Under the pieces are notes generated by a model. That model saw nothing but the letters and a program-made list of their open reading frames with translations. It was not told the DNA's origin and did not search any database. A DNA stretch of 64,000 nt from Azolla caroliniana (taxonomy: Eukaryota > Plantae > Polypodiophyta), in assembly GCA_043228905.1 (NCBI GenBank), contig JBHGNT010000009.1:10478001-10542000 (forward strand), in the 5' to 3' direction. How positions within the stretch are numbered: position 1 is the stretch's first letter; each line of letters opens with the position of its first letter. Below, piece after piece: positions 1 through 14,311 of the stretch. The position numbers and the translations under genes are program-made.

Positions 1-3000
1 ATCCGAGCAGAATCAGGGACGTTCCGACTCAGACCACTCTCTAGTCGGCAACCAGGTCAATGTTGCCGACACAACATTCGGAGAAATCCTCTCCCTAGAG
101 GATTCGATGATTGGAGAAGTCCTCTACAGTGCACAAGCTACACAAATGTGGCTACTAGACTCTAGTGCCACATTTCACATAACCCCGAACATTGAATGGT
201 TTTCGAACTATTCAGCCGACGCCAGAGGCACAATCCGACTAGGAAACGGCCCAGAGTGCAAGATAACAGGAATTGGAGAAGTTCCCATCAGATTGCCAAA
301 TGGCAACATAATAACCCTGCACCAAGTTTGGCACGTACCCGATCTAAAGAGGAGTCTGGTCTCCATCGGCATGTTAGCCGAAGATGGGTACAGAACGACT
401 CTACACGAGTCGACATGGGTGATCAGCCGAGGAAACCTCAAATTCGGGAGTGGATACAAGTACAATAATTTGTACCCATTGATGGCGATCAACCCTAAAG
501 AGGCCGTGAACGTAGCCGAATTGACCGACCCAAACCTATGGCATGTGTGACTAGGCCATATGTCACAAGCCGGACTTGATCGGTTGATGTCTTTTGGCTA
601 CATCCCGAAACTCCAAGCAAAGATGGACTTCTGCGAGCATTGTCGATATGGGAAACAGACCTAAAGTCCGCACTCTCTCCACTACAAGACGGTATGACAG
701 CCCCTAGAGCTCGTGCACATAGACATATGTGGGACCATGCCAGAGCGATCATTAGGAGGCTCCCGGTACTTCATCACATTCGTAGATGACTATACACGAA
801 AATTTTGGGCATACTCCATCAAGTCCAAAGATGAAGCGCTCGAGGTCTTCACTTGATGGATATCTGAAGTAGAGAACCGGTCGGGATATAGGGTGAAGAC
901 ATTCTGATCTGACAACAGAGGTGAGTACACCTCTAGAGCCTTCGAACAGTACCTGTCCGGAAAACGGATCCGACACCAAAAGACCGTTCCCTACACAACC
1001 ATGCAAAATGGAGTGGTTGAACAGTTCAATAGGACAATCTAGGAGAGGGTGACGGCAATGCTCCAATAAGCCAGACTAAAGCTGGAATTTTGGGCAGAGG
1101 CATTGCAGACGGTAGTGTACCTGACAAATCTGGCGCCGTCAAGAGCAATCAAGCTCGAAGTGCCACAGGCACTATGGTCAGGCAAACAACCGACCTACGA
1201 TAGGCTCCGTATATTCGGATGTGAAGCCTATGTGTTCATCCCCAAGGACAAAAGGACGAAGTTGGCACCTCATGCATCGAAATGCAAATTTCTCGATTAT
1301 GGAACCGATGGGGACTTCGGCTACCGGCTATGGGACCCTGAGAACCGGAAACTGATCCGGAGCAGTGACGTGGTCTTCAATGAAGACTCTATCTTCTCTC
1401 AGAGGAACCAGAAAAAAACAGTCGGTAAGAAGGTATCCTTCGAAGACGACAGAACTGTCGTAGAAGGACCGTCCCAATGGGCCAAATCAGAGAGTCAACA
1501 AACAATTGAACTCCAACCAGCTAACTATTCCCTACCGACACTGAATTGGCAACAAGTCCCATCGTCAAACTCCAAGACACAGCCGAATCGACAAGGATCG
1601 ATAAAGGCAGAGTCACAAAGAGGCAAGTCAAGAAAGAGTCGACGACAACCACAGGGGAGAACAAGCAAACACCGCCGAAATCCCAAACTAGGGGCGGGAT
1701 GTCTAATAAGACTCCGAATACAAATGGTTCAACAAATACCGATCGAAGGATCCGAACGTAATATCTCGGCACCCAGGAGATCTGGACGAGCTCGAAAGCA
1801 AACAGAGTTCTATCAACCGGGCCTCGACTATGTCAACTACACAGATGCAGGAGAACCAAGCACGTATGAAGAAGTTATGGCCGCATCGGACGCTGAAACA
1901 TGGCTACAAGACATGAAATCCGAAATGGACTCAAGTCACCAGAATCAGACATGGGCGTTTAGCTGAACTACCAGCAGGAAGAAAGCCGCTACCTTGCAAA
2001 TGGGTGTTCCAATACAAGTATGTATTCGACTCAAAGAAACCCAAGTACAAAGCTCAGCTTGTCCCAAAGAGATTCAAACAGGAATACGAGGTCGACTACG
2101 ACGAGATATTCTCACCAGTAGTCAAGATGACCACCCTCCGACTCCTATTCGGAGTTGTGGTGACAGAAGACCTCAAGCAAGAGCAGATGGATGTAAAGAC
2201 GACATTTCTACACGGAGATTTGGAAGAAGACATATACCTGTCGCAACTGGCAGGCTTCATGGTGACGGGGGAGGACAGTCACCTCGTATGTCGACTAAAG
2301 AAAAGTCTATATGGCCTCAAACAAGTGTCGAGGATGTGGTACCAGAAGTTTGACTCCTACATATGACAGCTTTGATATAGCATATCAGACTTCGACCCAT
2401 GCATGTATGTTCGGCAATTGGCCGACGAGTCTAGGATCTACCTGATCCTATATGTCGATGACATGTTGATTGTAGGGAGCAATCAAACAGAGATTGGTAA
2501 GTTGAAGTGGAGCCTTCATGCAAAGTTCGCGATGAAGGAACTTAGACAAGCCCGACACATACCGACATGAGGATAGAGTGAAATCAGACAACGAAAACTC
2601 TCTAATTCTCCTAGTCTGAATACATCCGCAAGGAGAATGTGGAGAATGCGAAGCCAACACCGACACCGCTTCTGACGTCGATCAGACTATCCGACAAAGA
2701 CTCTCCTTCAACGGACAAGGAGAGAGAGCTTAATGGAAAGATACCCTACTCATCGGCTGTAGGAAGTATCATGTACGCAATGGTAACGACGCGACCCGAC
2801 CTAGCCTATGTCATAGGGGTGGTCAGCCGGTACATGTCAAACCCATGAAGGAAGCATTGGGAGGCCGTCAAGCACATCCTTAGGTATCTGAAAATAACCA
2901 CAGATGCACAGCTGACATTTGGACTGACAACCTCGGCCAAAGTCGAAGGCTACACTAATTCCGACTTGTTGGAAATATAGATAATCAGAAATCGACATCA

Positions 3001-3914
3001 GGCTACATCTTCACCTATGGTGGCAGTGCAATATCATGGAGGTCAAAACTTCAAGAGTGCACGGCTCTGTCTACCAAAGAAGCCGAGTACATAGCAGCAT
3101 CAGAGGGAACTAAGGAAGCGATCGGGCTGCACCGACTATCTGCCAACTTCGGAACTGCAAGCCGAATCGACCGACCAACACCAACCATCTATTGCGACTC
3201 ATTGAGTGCAATACACCTCATCAACAATCCCGTCTACCATGCAAAGACGAAGCACATTGAGGTGCGGTATCATCATATCCGGGAGCTCGTGACCGAGAAG
3301 AAGCTCAAAGTCCGGAATATCAACATCGAGGTGAACATCGTCAATTGCCTGACGAAGCCACTCCAACATCAATGCTTCGGAACACTAAAGATGAAGATAG
3401 GACTATGACAAGCGACTGAGCAGAAGAAAGCCGAATGAGGAGCAGCAGGTAAGAGTTGATCGACACTCATACTATACCTCTACTGACTTGGCTACTTGCC
3501 GACAGACTTGTAACATAAAACTTAGTTCAATTTTGTAATCTAGGTTTACGGGGGAGATAACCCCAAGCACTTGTATATGTATGAAAGAGTAGCCCTTTTA
3601 TGGGGGAGTTTGTTAGCATAAAAGGCCGACTCCTTCTAAATTGTATCCGTCCGAGTGTGAACTTGTTAATAAGTTAGGACTTAGTATATAAGCAAATACC
3701 TAACATTGTAAAGAATGACGAGTGGAAGAGAGACGAAGAGACAGAGAACTAATTCTCTGGTTCTATGTATTGTATCTCTGGTTCTGTGTATTGTGTCTCT
3801 AGTTCTGTTGTAGAATGAAGCAAAAAGCTTTCCATTAAACCTTGCATTGTGTAAGTCTACGCCTATTCTATTTTTGTTTCTGTCTGCATTGTTTGTTGTT
3901 CATAACCGACAACA
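1..3914 (+). mobile_element. Ty1/copia LTR retrotransposon (copia-1), degenerate pol plus 3' LTR; 5' part outside window
   Basis: Domains in copia order: protease WLLDSSATFH (ORF 107-550), integrase HTDICGP, RT YKAQLV/QMDVKTTFLHGDLEEDIY/LYVDDML, RNase H TKHIEVRYHHIRE. Many stops and frameshifts. PPT GGGGGAG at 3602-3608. Confidence 0.95.
3611..3914 (+). repeat. 3' LTR of copia-1 (about 304 bp, TGTT...AACA)
   Basis: Starts TGTTAG directly after the PPT, contains TATATAA, ends CGACAACA. Confidence 0.8.
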
Positions 3915-6900
3915 AATCCATACACGTTTCCGCAAAACGCACTCATTGTCAACACCTAGGCCCTTGTCAACTCGATGCGTCGGCTCCTCCATATTCGCGT
4001 CGTCTTCGGCTATCTCCCTATCCTCTTGGCTTTTATGCGATTCAGCTCTTCCGAATCACTCTTCTCAACCGAATTGGTTGTCTCTGATTTGTTCCCACTC
4101 TTGTATGAACTAGTTGTCTCCCATTCATCCTCCTTTAGGCCCTTGACCACATCTGACCATGTGCTAGTCCTGGCCTTTACTTCAGGTCGGCTCTGCCCTT
4201 CTTGGCTCTGCCACCTGCCTTGCCTTTCCCGGTATTGCCTCCCCCTTATTTTTGATGCCTTTGGGTTCATCTCATTCTTTTGATCACTCCCCCTACATCT
4301 GGCTAGTCTCCACTTAGCATATCTTCTTCCATTTGTCCACACGTCCTCGGCTTCTTCAGTCGATCCGGACATTCCAAATTCTTCAATCGTTCCGAAATCG
4401 AATTCTTCACCCAATTCGGCTTTTCAGACTTCATCTCTCTCCTCCCTCTCGTTTTCGCTCCTCCCCCTCAAGTTCGGCACAGTCGAGTTGTTGTATGCCA
4501 AGCATTCCTGAGAGTTTCCACAACTTGTCTAGGCCAAGAGGTTTGGTGAAGATACCGGCAACTTGTCGTTCAATCGTAAAATACACAAGTTCCACTTCAC
4601 CGAAGAGGACACGCTCACAGACAACATGATAGTGCATCTCAATGTGTTTGGTTTGAGTGTGGAAAACGGGGTTCTTTGCAAGTTGGATGCTTCTGAGGTT
4701 GTCACAGTATATCACTGTTGGATCAGACACTTCCACATGTAGATCCTTCAATAACCTCGGTATTTGGCCTTGGCGCTTCCTAATGAGAACGCAAAACCTG
4801 ATGTTGACCTGCGATCGCCGGCATTTCTGGTCCAATCAGCATCTGTGTAGCCGACTAATTTTTCGGCTACCCCAATCCTTAGTGCCACTTACATATAGTA
4901 AGATCCTTTGTGTGCTATGAAGATGTTCGTTCTTCGGCCGCAACATAAATTGACTGATCAATCTGACCGGATAGTTGAGGTCCAGCCGAGTGATGGTCAA
5001 GTAAATTAGGCTTCCTACAATCTGTCGGAATCATGTTAGGTCACACGCCTTTCTCGATTTTGGGCAAAGCTTCACATTCCTGTCCAGAGGAGTTGAGACG
5101 GATTTACAATCCATCAACCCAAGCTTGAAGATCATACTCAGCACATAATGTCATTGGCTGACCAGTATGCCTTCGGAGGTACAGATCACTTTGATCCCAA
5201 GGAAGTAATGAAGGCCCCCTAGATACCACAAGCTGAGACTTGACTTGGCTGATTTCATCGAGATCGGCACCAGGGATGACTAAATCATCGAGATCGGCAC
5301 CAGGGATGGGGCTTGCTTAACTCCGTAGAGGGACTTCTTCAGTCGGCAAACTGCCGATGTGTTCCGTTCGGATAGAAATCTAGAGGATTGTACCATGTAC
5401 ACTTGTTCCTAAAGCTCACCTTGCATGAACACATTCTTTACATCCCTCTAATGTAAGTGTCACCCCTTTGCCACCTCTATCGCTAGCAAAACACACATGA
5501 TCGTCATCTTCATGACTTGCACAAATGTCTCAGCATAATCGATGCCGAGTTGTTGCACGTAGCCCTTTGCCACCAATCTGACCTTGTATCGGTTGACGAA
5601 GCCATCGACGTTGTACTTGACCTTGTACACCCACCTGCATCCGATCAACTTCACACCCTTGCGGGCGTCAACCAAGTCCCATGTCTCGTTTTCAGTTAAT
5701 GCTCACATCTCTTCCTCCATAGCGGCACACCAATTCGCATCTTTTGCCATAGGTCTCTAGCTCGCGCACTTCCGCCACTTTCAACATATACACATAATGA
5801 TGCGCCATATAATTGTTGTACTCGTATCAAATCACAAGGTTCTTCTGGCAGGTGGATCGGTGCAACTTTTGGTTTGTCGATTTAAAGGCCTTCTTGGCAG
5901 ACTTAGACCTCAACTCCAGAGGTTCATCTTCACTCTCGGCCACTTCGGATTCAGTCCGATCCAATACATTGCCCTCGGTGCCATACTCCGTCATCTTCAT
6001 CTTCCCCCTCTCCTTGCGCGTAAACCATCTCCTCAGCTTCTGAATCAAGGACAACATGGTTGAGTCTCCACTACTCATCGGCTCATCATTCGACCGGTCA
6101 TTCCAACTCAGTCGTTCATTTGGCCCACTTAGCCGAAATGAGATTGGACTCTCTCCTAAAGCTTCAATTTCCTCCTCATTAAAGGGCATCTCAACCTGAT
6201 TGGCTTCGTCCTCTAAATTTGGAATGGACTTGATGGGGGTTGGAGGTGGAGGCAAGTACCACGAAGCTGACTCGTTGAATACGACATCTCGGCTTACTCG
6301 GACCTCTTTTGTTCGGGAGTTATAGCACTTATAACCCTTTCGCTCTTCCGAGTAGGCGACCATGATACACTTCTCAGCTTTGGCGTCTAACTTCCTCCGC
6401 TTCTCCTTCGGCACATGCACAGATGTTATGCTGTTGAACACCGTCCACTATGCCAAGTTCGGTTTCTTCCTGAAATATAGCGCATGTGGTGACACTCCTC
6501 CATTTGCAGAAGTCTGATTCTTTAGGTAAACGCCAGTTCTGACCGCTTCAACCTAGTAGAACTTCGGCATATGCTTCTCCTCAAGCATTGCCCTTGCCGC
6601 TTCTTGAATCCTCCGATTATTCCTTTCAGTCACACCGTTCTGCTCCGGTGTGTATCTGCAAGAGAATTCGCGTCGAATTCCCTCCTTCTCTAGATAGCTA
6701 GAGAATTGATCGGAAAAGTACTCTTTCACTCCATCGGACCTTACGAACTTGCTCTTTCGCCTAGTCTCTCGTTTGGCAAGGCTTTTCACCTTCAAGAAGC
6801 AGGAGAAGACTTCGTTTTTCTTCGCTATCAAGCACGCCCAACTGTGCTAAGTCTAGTCATCGATGAAAGTTACAAAGTAATGACTCCCACCAATACTCAC

Positions 6901-8646
6901 GTACTGCACCGGTCCCCATACATCCAAATGGATTAAATCAAGCTTGTTTCAGCTCCGATTTCTTTCATTTCGGAATGAAAGTCAATGATGCATCCCTAAC
7001 TAGTAGGCTTCCAAACTTGACCCTTTCGGCCGTTAAATTTCGGCACACCGAAAACGATGTTCGTTGTTTGCATTTCCCAGAGCCACGGGAAGTTGATGTG
7101 GACGAACCGCTTGTGCCACATGTTGATGGCTGAGAGGGACATCTCCAATATGTTCAATGGTGTGAGGAGTGTCATCACAAGTTTCGACGACCCCTAGTTG
7201 CTTCGGCTTCTCTAGATTCAAGAATCACTCCTTCTGATTCGTCATGTGGTTCGATACACCTGAATCCACATACCACATCTCATTCGACCTTGAGATGCTT
7301 ACAGCCATCGAATTGGCTTTGTGCTTCATTACGAAGGCAAGGCCTATTCCGGCTCGCCCTAAACCTTTAGCGTAGTGCAATCTTTAATGCTTATCTGTGT
7401 CCCATCGGCTCAATCCGGCTCTGTCCGAATCAGCGCACTTCTTCCAGCACTCGCTCTCTCTGAGGCCCTTCCGGCCACAGTGCCAACAGTTTGTCGCAGC
7501 ATTTCCTTGCCGACTCTGACGCCACCTTGACTTCCCCTATTCGTGGAGGTTCTGGAACTATTGTCGGCATTTTCATTAAGCCTTGAGTTCTGCTCATGTC
7601 GGCCACCTCCATTGCATGTTGATCTGCCTCGTCCAACACAACCACGGGGCCTCTCTTCCTCCGTGTACAACATCTTGTTGTCTGTGTGCATACTCGTCAA
7701 CGCACCTGAGTGGTTTTCTTCAACAAGCAACATCAAATGAAGCTCGAAAAATGAAGGCGTGTTCTCCCTCGTGCAAACCGCCGTTCGGAATGATCTGAAT
7801 ATGGACACCAACCCACCAAGGCAAACCTACACCATTTCTTCCTCCTCGACGGTTACGTTGATGGAGGCGAGGGAATCACAGGTCTCCTTGATCCGGGCCG
7901 TGTAATCAGAGAGAGACTGATCTTTCTATCAGACATTGCTGAGCTCTTGTCTGAGCTACAACTTCCTGGCCGTTGTGCTAACGGCGAAAATCCGTTTGAG
8001 TTTCACCCACGCATCCTTTGGCATTTTGGTGTCCCGTATGTAGCTCAATAGCTGGTCTCCAACACTAGACGCGAAGCAATACATTACTCTGCTTGCTGCC
8101 TATTCCCAAGCCGGAAAGTCCCTGCGTATCGCATCCGCTGCTACATCATTTGCTCCTTCCACGTAATTGTAGTATCCATGACCGAATAGATACTGGTGCA
8201 TCTTGTATGCCCAAGATCCATGGTTTCTCCTTTCGAGCTTTTCTGTTGGAAGCGAGCTTCCCATACCTCTGTCCATGTTCCTCTCTTTTCTTTTCCAAAA
8301 AACGAAGAAACTTGTCTCTATCTTGTTCGCTTATCTTTTCGATCGGCTGTAGAGGATTTTTCTAACCCTCTTGCTCTGATACCAAGAAAAAGAATACGTG
8401 TGTGGAAGCCCTCATGAGTGGGTTGACACAAGTATTGACAAGTACTTGAATGCTCATTAACTAAGCCTGACACTAACTCTGCCTATAATATTCCTATTTA
8501 CTAAAATAGGAATATAGGCTCCTAACGGCCAGTCAATTCGGCTTTCGGCATATTCAGTTGATTCGGGCCTAGCCGATCAGTCTCCATCTAATCTAGCTCT
8601 CGGCTTCCTTAGCTAATTCGGCCCATGTTGAGCTTGTCTCTCAACA
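3915..8646 (-). mobile_element. Ty1/copia retrotransposon (copia-2), degenerate; 3' LTR not in window
   Basis: Minus-strand gag (EKLERRNHGSWAYKMHQYL), integrase (YTPEQNGVTER, KRRKLDAKAEKCI), RT (CRWVYKVK..RYKVRLVAKGY), RNase H (TKHIEMHYH). tRNA-Met PBS TGGTATCAGAGC at 8384-8373. 5' LTR about 8385-8646, starting TGTTGAGAG on the minus strand. Confidence 0.93.
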
Positions 8647-8902
8647 CACTTTATATACAAGCCTCTGACAATGGGTTGACTCAAGTACTAACAAGTACTA
8701 AATGCTCATTCATGAGCTCTAACACCTAATTTACCCATAATATTCCTATTACTACATTAGGAATATAGGTCCTTACGGCCTTTCGGACTACGGCTCTTAC
8801 GGTCTTGTCGGCTTCAAGCCAATCCTTCTTACGGCTCATTAGCCGATCCGGCTTACGGCACCATAGCCGATCTGGCCTCCCTTTGAACTTGACTTCTCAA
8901 AA
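8647..8902 (-). repeat. Partial diverged LTR of a related copia family adjoining the copia-2 5' LTR
   Basis: Colinear similarity to 8420-8646 (GGGTTGAC.CAAGTA, AATGCTCATT, ATAATATTCCTATT..AGGAATATAGG); ends TTCTCAA like the neighbouring LTR. Confidence 0.7.
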
Positions 8903-9933
8903 TAAATTAATACACCAAGAAATATGGCAAATTTACGCTCGACATAAATCAATCAACCCACCACAAGCACTCCTATCTAAAATGTTGTACTATAAGGAAC
9001 ACTTTATGCACTTCTCTAACTTAGATACATTCTTAACAAATGCACAATGGGTTGCCATTGGACAACTTAGAGTATCATTTCACCAACTTGAGGTTGAGAA
9101 TGGTTGTGCTAATGGAGTCCCCAGAGAGGAAAGGATATGTCAATTATGTCACATAGAGTAGAGGATGAGTATCACTTTACATGCAAATGTCTAACTTATG
9201 ACAAGTTAAGGCAAAAATACCAAGACATACTAGGACCCTCTCCAAACTTTTAGATACCCTAGATATAAATACACTATATATGTATGTATGTATGTATATT
9301 AGAGCTAAAACAACATAGAGATAATAAGCTACCAAATGCTAACCATAACCTTTCTAATATTCACCAACATGTAAGCAATGAAATTTTTTCGGGACAATGA
9401 GCATGGACACACCTGCACCACTCAATCGCTCCCTCACTGAACCAAAAAAACAAAGAACAACCAAACACTCTCGGATGTCAGACCCCAAAGCCACTTGTTG
9501 CGTAGAAGGAATTAAGAAGATAAGGGAACATGAGTTACACCACCTAGAAGCTATGGTCAGGGCACCTTTTACATCGGGACCACAGGCCACACCCACATCG
9601 AAACCCTTTGACCTCCTGCTTCTTTTCGAGAGACTTGGATGAAAATGAAAATAGGCCTAGCACAGAGACATTTCCTTGATTGAATATGTTACACCATAAC
9701 ATCTCTTATACAATACTAGAACTCTGTTATCTATGTTTTTATTTTTATTTTCAATGTTTGGGTACACATCCCATTTTGTTGTAACCAATTGTCTCATGCG
9801 CCAAATTTGGTCTTAGAAGACATTAATATTTCTTTCTTTCTTTTTTTTCGTAAATGTATGTTTATATTAAAACAACATGGCAATACAAAAAAACCTTGCT
9901 ATCAAAACTACTTGCTATTAATATTTCTTGCTT

Positions 9934-9990
<57 letters not shown>
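8903..9990 (+). mobile_element. 3' fragment of an RTEX-like LINE followed by a (TC)n tract
   Basis: C-terminal motif IGQLRVSFHQLEVENG..REERICQLCHIE*EDEYHFTCKC, homologous to the C-terminus of the LINE at 50333-52435. (TC)n at about 9938-9990. Right boundary uncertain. Confidence 0.7.
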
Positions 9991-9995
<5 letters not shown>

Positions 9996-10879
9996 ATGTT
10001 TGCATAAACATGTTCATTTCCTGGTAGTTAGTTATATATTTGATTGACCCATCACATTCGCATTGCACTACATTAGTATACCCATATACGAATTCCAACA
10101 ATTGAAATATTTTTCTCTCAAATAAGGCCATTGATTATGATAATATATTATCTTGAATAGTTTTAAGATTTGCACATGTGTACACATAACCATATACAAG
10201 CTTGTCTGGAAACTTAATATTCTAATAGAGTTGAGTTGCAAACCGAATATGTGTTCCTTTGAAGGAAGCAAGAATATTGGGCACTTGCATATATGTCAAC
10301 AATATGTGGAACTTAAACTAGTGACCAGCTCATGTTACATTATTCAATTGGTTGGTTAAAAACTGAAAGATAACCAATGTCTACTTGTGGGTCACCCCAT
10401 TGTGTACACATAAATGAAGGGTGAAGAATCCCAATAAACCCAAAGACAACATTATAAAAGCATGAAGTATAGGATCTAACTAACCAAACATAAATCATAT
10501 TTGAATATTGTTATGCAACTGCACATGTCTAGCATATGTGTGTATATATAAATACGTGGAAAGAAAAAGTGGTGGATTTTATATCCACTTCAATTGAAGA
10601 AAGTTGGAGCTTCGTGCATTAATAAAGAATGAGCTTGACAAAAGGGGGGGGGTGTCTATGGCCCCATTAGAGGTTCAAAAGTCCCCCCAAAAAAAGAGGA
10701 AGTCAAAAAACATAAAAAGATTTCAAAGTTCAATGCTAAGGAGAAAATAAAACAATGCAAAAAGAATAGAATAAATATGAAATCGGTAATGCTGAAGTTG
10801 AAACTTGCAAATAATTTAAATAAGATCAAACATACGAATCTAAGCGACATAAGGGATGAAATTTTAAGACATGAAAGGT

Positions 10880-11290
10880 TGTCTAATGCATATACAATCA
10901 CTAGAGAGTGAATGTAACACATATGATACTTGATGCCATTAAATTGTGTTGGAGAGTAGTATGATTGGAGCAACAAAAGGAGTAAACATTGTTCACATGT
11001 TCATGAATTGGAGACATTGTTATCAAATAAATAGGGGGTCATCTTAAATTAATTCCATTTTCCTTATTAATAATTTCTTTAGCCATCCAGTATGAGTGTA
11101 ATTTGTCATTGTCTCCTTTGACACGATGTGTTCAAATTACGTGAACCATAACATCAATCAACATGAATCATAACAAAGAATATAAGTCTTGCATGCTTTG
11201 TCTTGCATAAATTTGATGTCTAGCTTAACCAACAAAAAACTAGATCAAGTTGGTAGCCCATCATGTCACATCCAATGTTTGAGTTATTTA
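10880..11290 (-). pseudogene. Possible highly decayed hAT transposase relic
   Basis: Minus-strand peptides DVT*WATNL, MVHVI...YWMAKEII and IHSLVIVYALD occur in the order of the plant hAT motifs TRFATN, PLV.VLR..MDRAKE.I and LHAAAY.LNP. Weak match. Confidence 0.3.
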
Positions 11291-13144
11291 AACCTTTTAC
11301 TTCTCAACCTAAATTGTTACCTTATCAGAATTTGGAAAAAGTTTGGACATATTTATTAAGTCCCACGTGAATATCTAAAGCTTAGCTGGTTCAAATTAGG
11401 TCATTTGATTTTCTGGTGTATAAGTCATGTAAATGATATTGTACTACATATAATTAGTCAATATTGCATTTATTTAATACCTTTTCCTCATTTTCATACT
11501 TAAATTGTCATAAAATACATTAATGTTTAAGATCAAAAGAGTGCAATATGTTTAGTAGGAGATGCACTAACATTTGATCACCTAGAAAGAGGAAGTGCTT
11601 ATGTCACTAAAGCACATTGATTATCAGTACATGGGTAATATATATATGCCCAAAATTGAAAGAAATTTTGTTTTACATCTAACTTTGCTAGATGCTTGGA
11701 GCTTGTGAAAGATCAAGATGCAAAACATAAGCTTTACCACTACACTACAATGTTTTCATGTGGTACTTTGATATATAAATTTCATTTTAACATAGATTCA
11801 TCTTTGTTATTCATTGTGCTAAGCATAAATCTCATACAAAAAAATTCTTCCCAAAAGGCTCAAATTGAACCATTGTGGAGATAACACGTTTGATTCCCTA
11901 GTATTGGTTTTATACAAATGTTTGAAAGGAATAATTGTTGGAGTCCATAAGCCAAACAAATTTCAAGCATTCGATCTTCATTCATATATCTTATGTACAA
12001 TTAGTCAATCTTCACAATTAGTCGCTTTAATGAACTTAACCAAAGAAGAAACCTATTTTGAGAAATGTCATATTGTGTGTGTTATTTGGTGATCCCTCAT
12101 TAATATTAAGTTGCAGATTACCTCATTTTCTTATATGAGGCCATGGATCTAAATCTATACAAATGAAATTTAATCAATCATTTTAATGGTTCAATATAGA
12201 TCTAAAGGTGGTATATCAAGAAAATGCATCTATCTTGGATTATCCTCAAAGTGCAAGATTCTCCATCCAAAATTGAACCAAGAGAATAATTACAAGCATT
12301 TTTATAAAGGATTCAAGTCTGTCGTAATCCCCATAAGGAAGGCTATCTCAAGAAGAGGAAGATGCATATTGATCATATATGTGCATTAATATAGGTGTAC
12401 ATGGTTGATGGATGGTTCATGGTGAAACAAAGGGCTTCGAAGACTAAGATATAAATATGGGATAGGCTTTTGCCATGTGACATAGAGCCCCATCTTCTCA
12501 TGCACTCGGGGAACTATCTATCAAAATGGGCCTTGGCCACCCATTCATCCCAATAAACAATTGGGTAGACCAACCATCATGCAAAAACTAAGGTTTTACC
12601 ATATGACATGAGTATCGAAGTGAGGCTTCTTGTCGTGTTTCTGATTTACATGTACTAGTAAATAACTTTCTCTTAGAGAACTCCAAAAGATTTAAGGACA
12701 AAATATTGTAAGGGAGGAGAAATGTTACGAAGTGAGACATTGAGGCCTAGAGTTGGCCAAACCCTCATAAGTAGAGCCATTGCAACAAGTGTGACATTCA
12801 TATATGAAGCATGTATGAGCATGTTATCCTAGGTACACATGGATCATTGTGGTTCAATGGGATTAGTGAATGGTTAAATAGTAAGTTCTAATCATTGATT
12901 AGGTTTCTAGAAAGTAGCGAATAAGACCATTGATCCACTACAAAAAACAGCCTTAGCTACTCTGTAATCTAATTAAGCTTGTAACAAACATCCTCATTTG
13001 TTACATGATTTGTAGATCAAGATCTTATTTTTTTTAATTTTCAAACCTTGTCTCTATGCAAGCTCATGTTCATGCATATCTTTTTCGTGTTTTTCATATG
13101 TATACACACACACACACATTCTTCTACTCTACCTATTGTATCTT

Positions 13145-14190
13145 TTTTTTTTTCCAAAATGAAGCTACTTTCCCATTAGTTAGGTAGGATTATTACAAAG
13201 AGATTGATTGTACAAGGAGGCTTAAATAGAGATTGGGGAATCCCCCTCCGATCAAGTTCAAGAAATTGAGACTAGTTACATCGCCTTTCAGATTGACTAC
13301 TTAGTGTAAGTACCTAAAGCTAAAACAGTTCCCTGTAGTGATGGCTAGTACGAGACAACTCTTGGGGTCGACAACAGAGGGAGGGTGGTAAGTGAACTGG
13401 AAACAGCCAGCGTGGGGGCTGGTAGTTCCACCTCGGGCCACTACCTCCTTGTGTCACCATAGGCGTGTTCCGCCATTTCTGCAAAAAGCGCAAACGAGCA
13501 GTACCCACGTCAGAGGAATGGCTGCAAACCTCGTCCAATTGCCCTTGTAGGCAGCTAATAGCGCAAACCATATGCCCATGATCACTTCCTCTAGAGGTCG
13601 CACCAGATCCTGGAAGACCTTTAGGCAACGCACTTTCCATACATACCATAGGGTGAAGCCTGCGATCAACATCCAAAGGTTCGGGAACCTAGGGGATGCG
13701 GACTGCAAGCCTCTCTCAAATCGAATCTTGGCGATTTTTCCTCTCATGCATACATAGCACCAACTATCCGCATTGAAGGCGTCCGTCCACCTATCACCAG
13801 AGTGATCAAGCCATGCCGCAACACTCCACGATGTTGTTCCTTCCATTTCACATGCCGCAAGGAGGCAAGTCACTCTATCCCATACCTTTTGAGTGTGAGG
13901 GCAATCCCATAGAAAATGCCTCAGAGTCTCAATAGGTGAATGGCAAAGTGGGCAGCCTAACAGGCCGCCACGTTTACCCAACCATTCGCCAACGGGAACC
14001 ACATTGTGACAGATTTTCCACCAAAAAATCTTTATCTTTTCCGGCAAGTGGAGACACCAGAGACCCTTCCAAAAGGTAATGAGCACCTCATCAGGGATGC
14101 CCAATGTACGCCAGCCATTGCGTAAGGGGCCGTCTAGCTGCAGTTGAAAAGCCCGACCTAGTTTATGTACCCAGTTTAGTGTTGTACCCG
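13145..14190 (-). mobile_element. 5'-truncated L1/Tx1-like LINE with poly(A) and 17-bp TSD
   Basis: zf-RVT motif IFWWKICHNVVPVGEWL..CPLCHSPIETLRHFLWDC. Poly(T) at 13143-13153. TSD TCTACCTATTGTATCTT at 13128-13144 and 14191-14207. Confidence 0.93.
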
Positions 14191-14311
14191 TCTACCTATT
14201 GTATCTTATCATTTGATTTTATGGATACTCCAAGATCTAGTAAATGTAAAACATTTTTTCTTATTTCCTCTTTTTGTTTTGTGAATCTTGCATGACTTAA
14301 AGGCAATATTT

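Noticed and set aside
4010-4414. 134-aa ORF after the copia-2 RNase H as an env-like or extra ORF
   Set aside because: Purine-rich low-complexity translation, no ATG start, no transmembrane segment or recognisable motif.
12180-13010. Possible decayed LINE or gene fragment
   Set aside because: No motif could be recognised with confidence.
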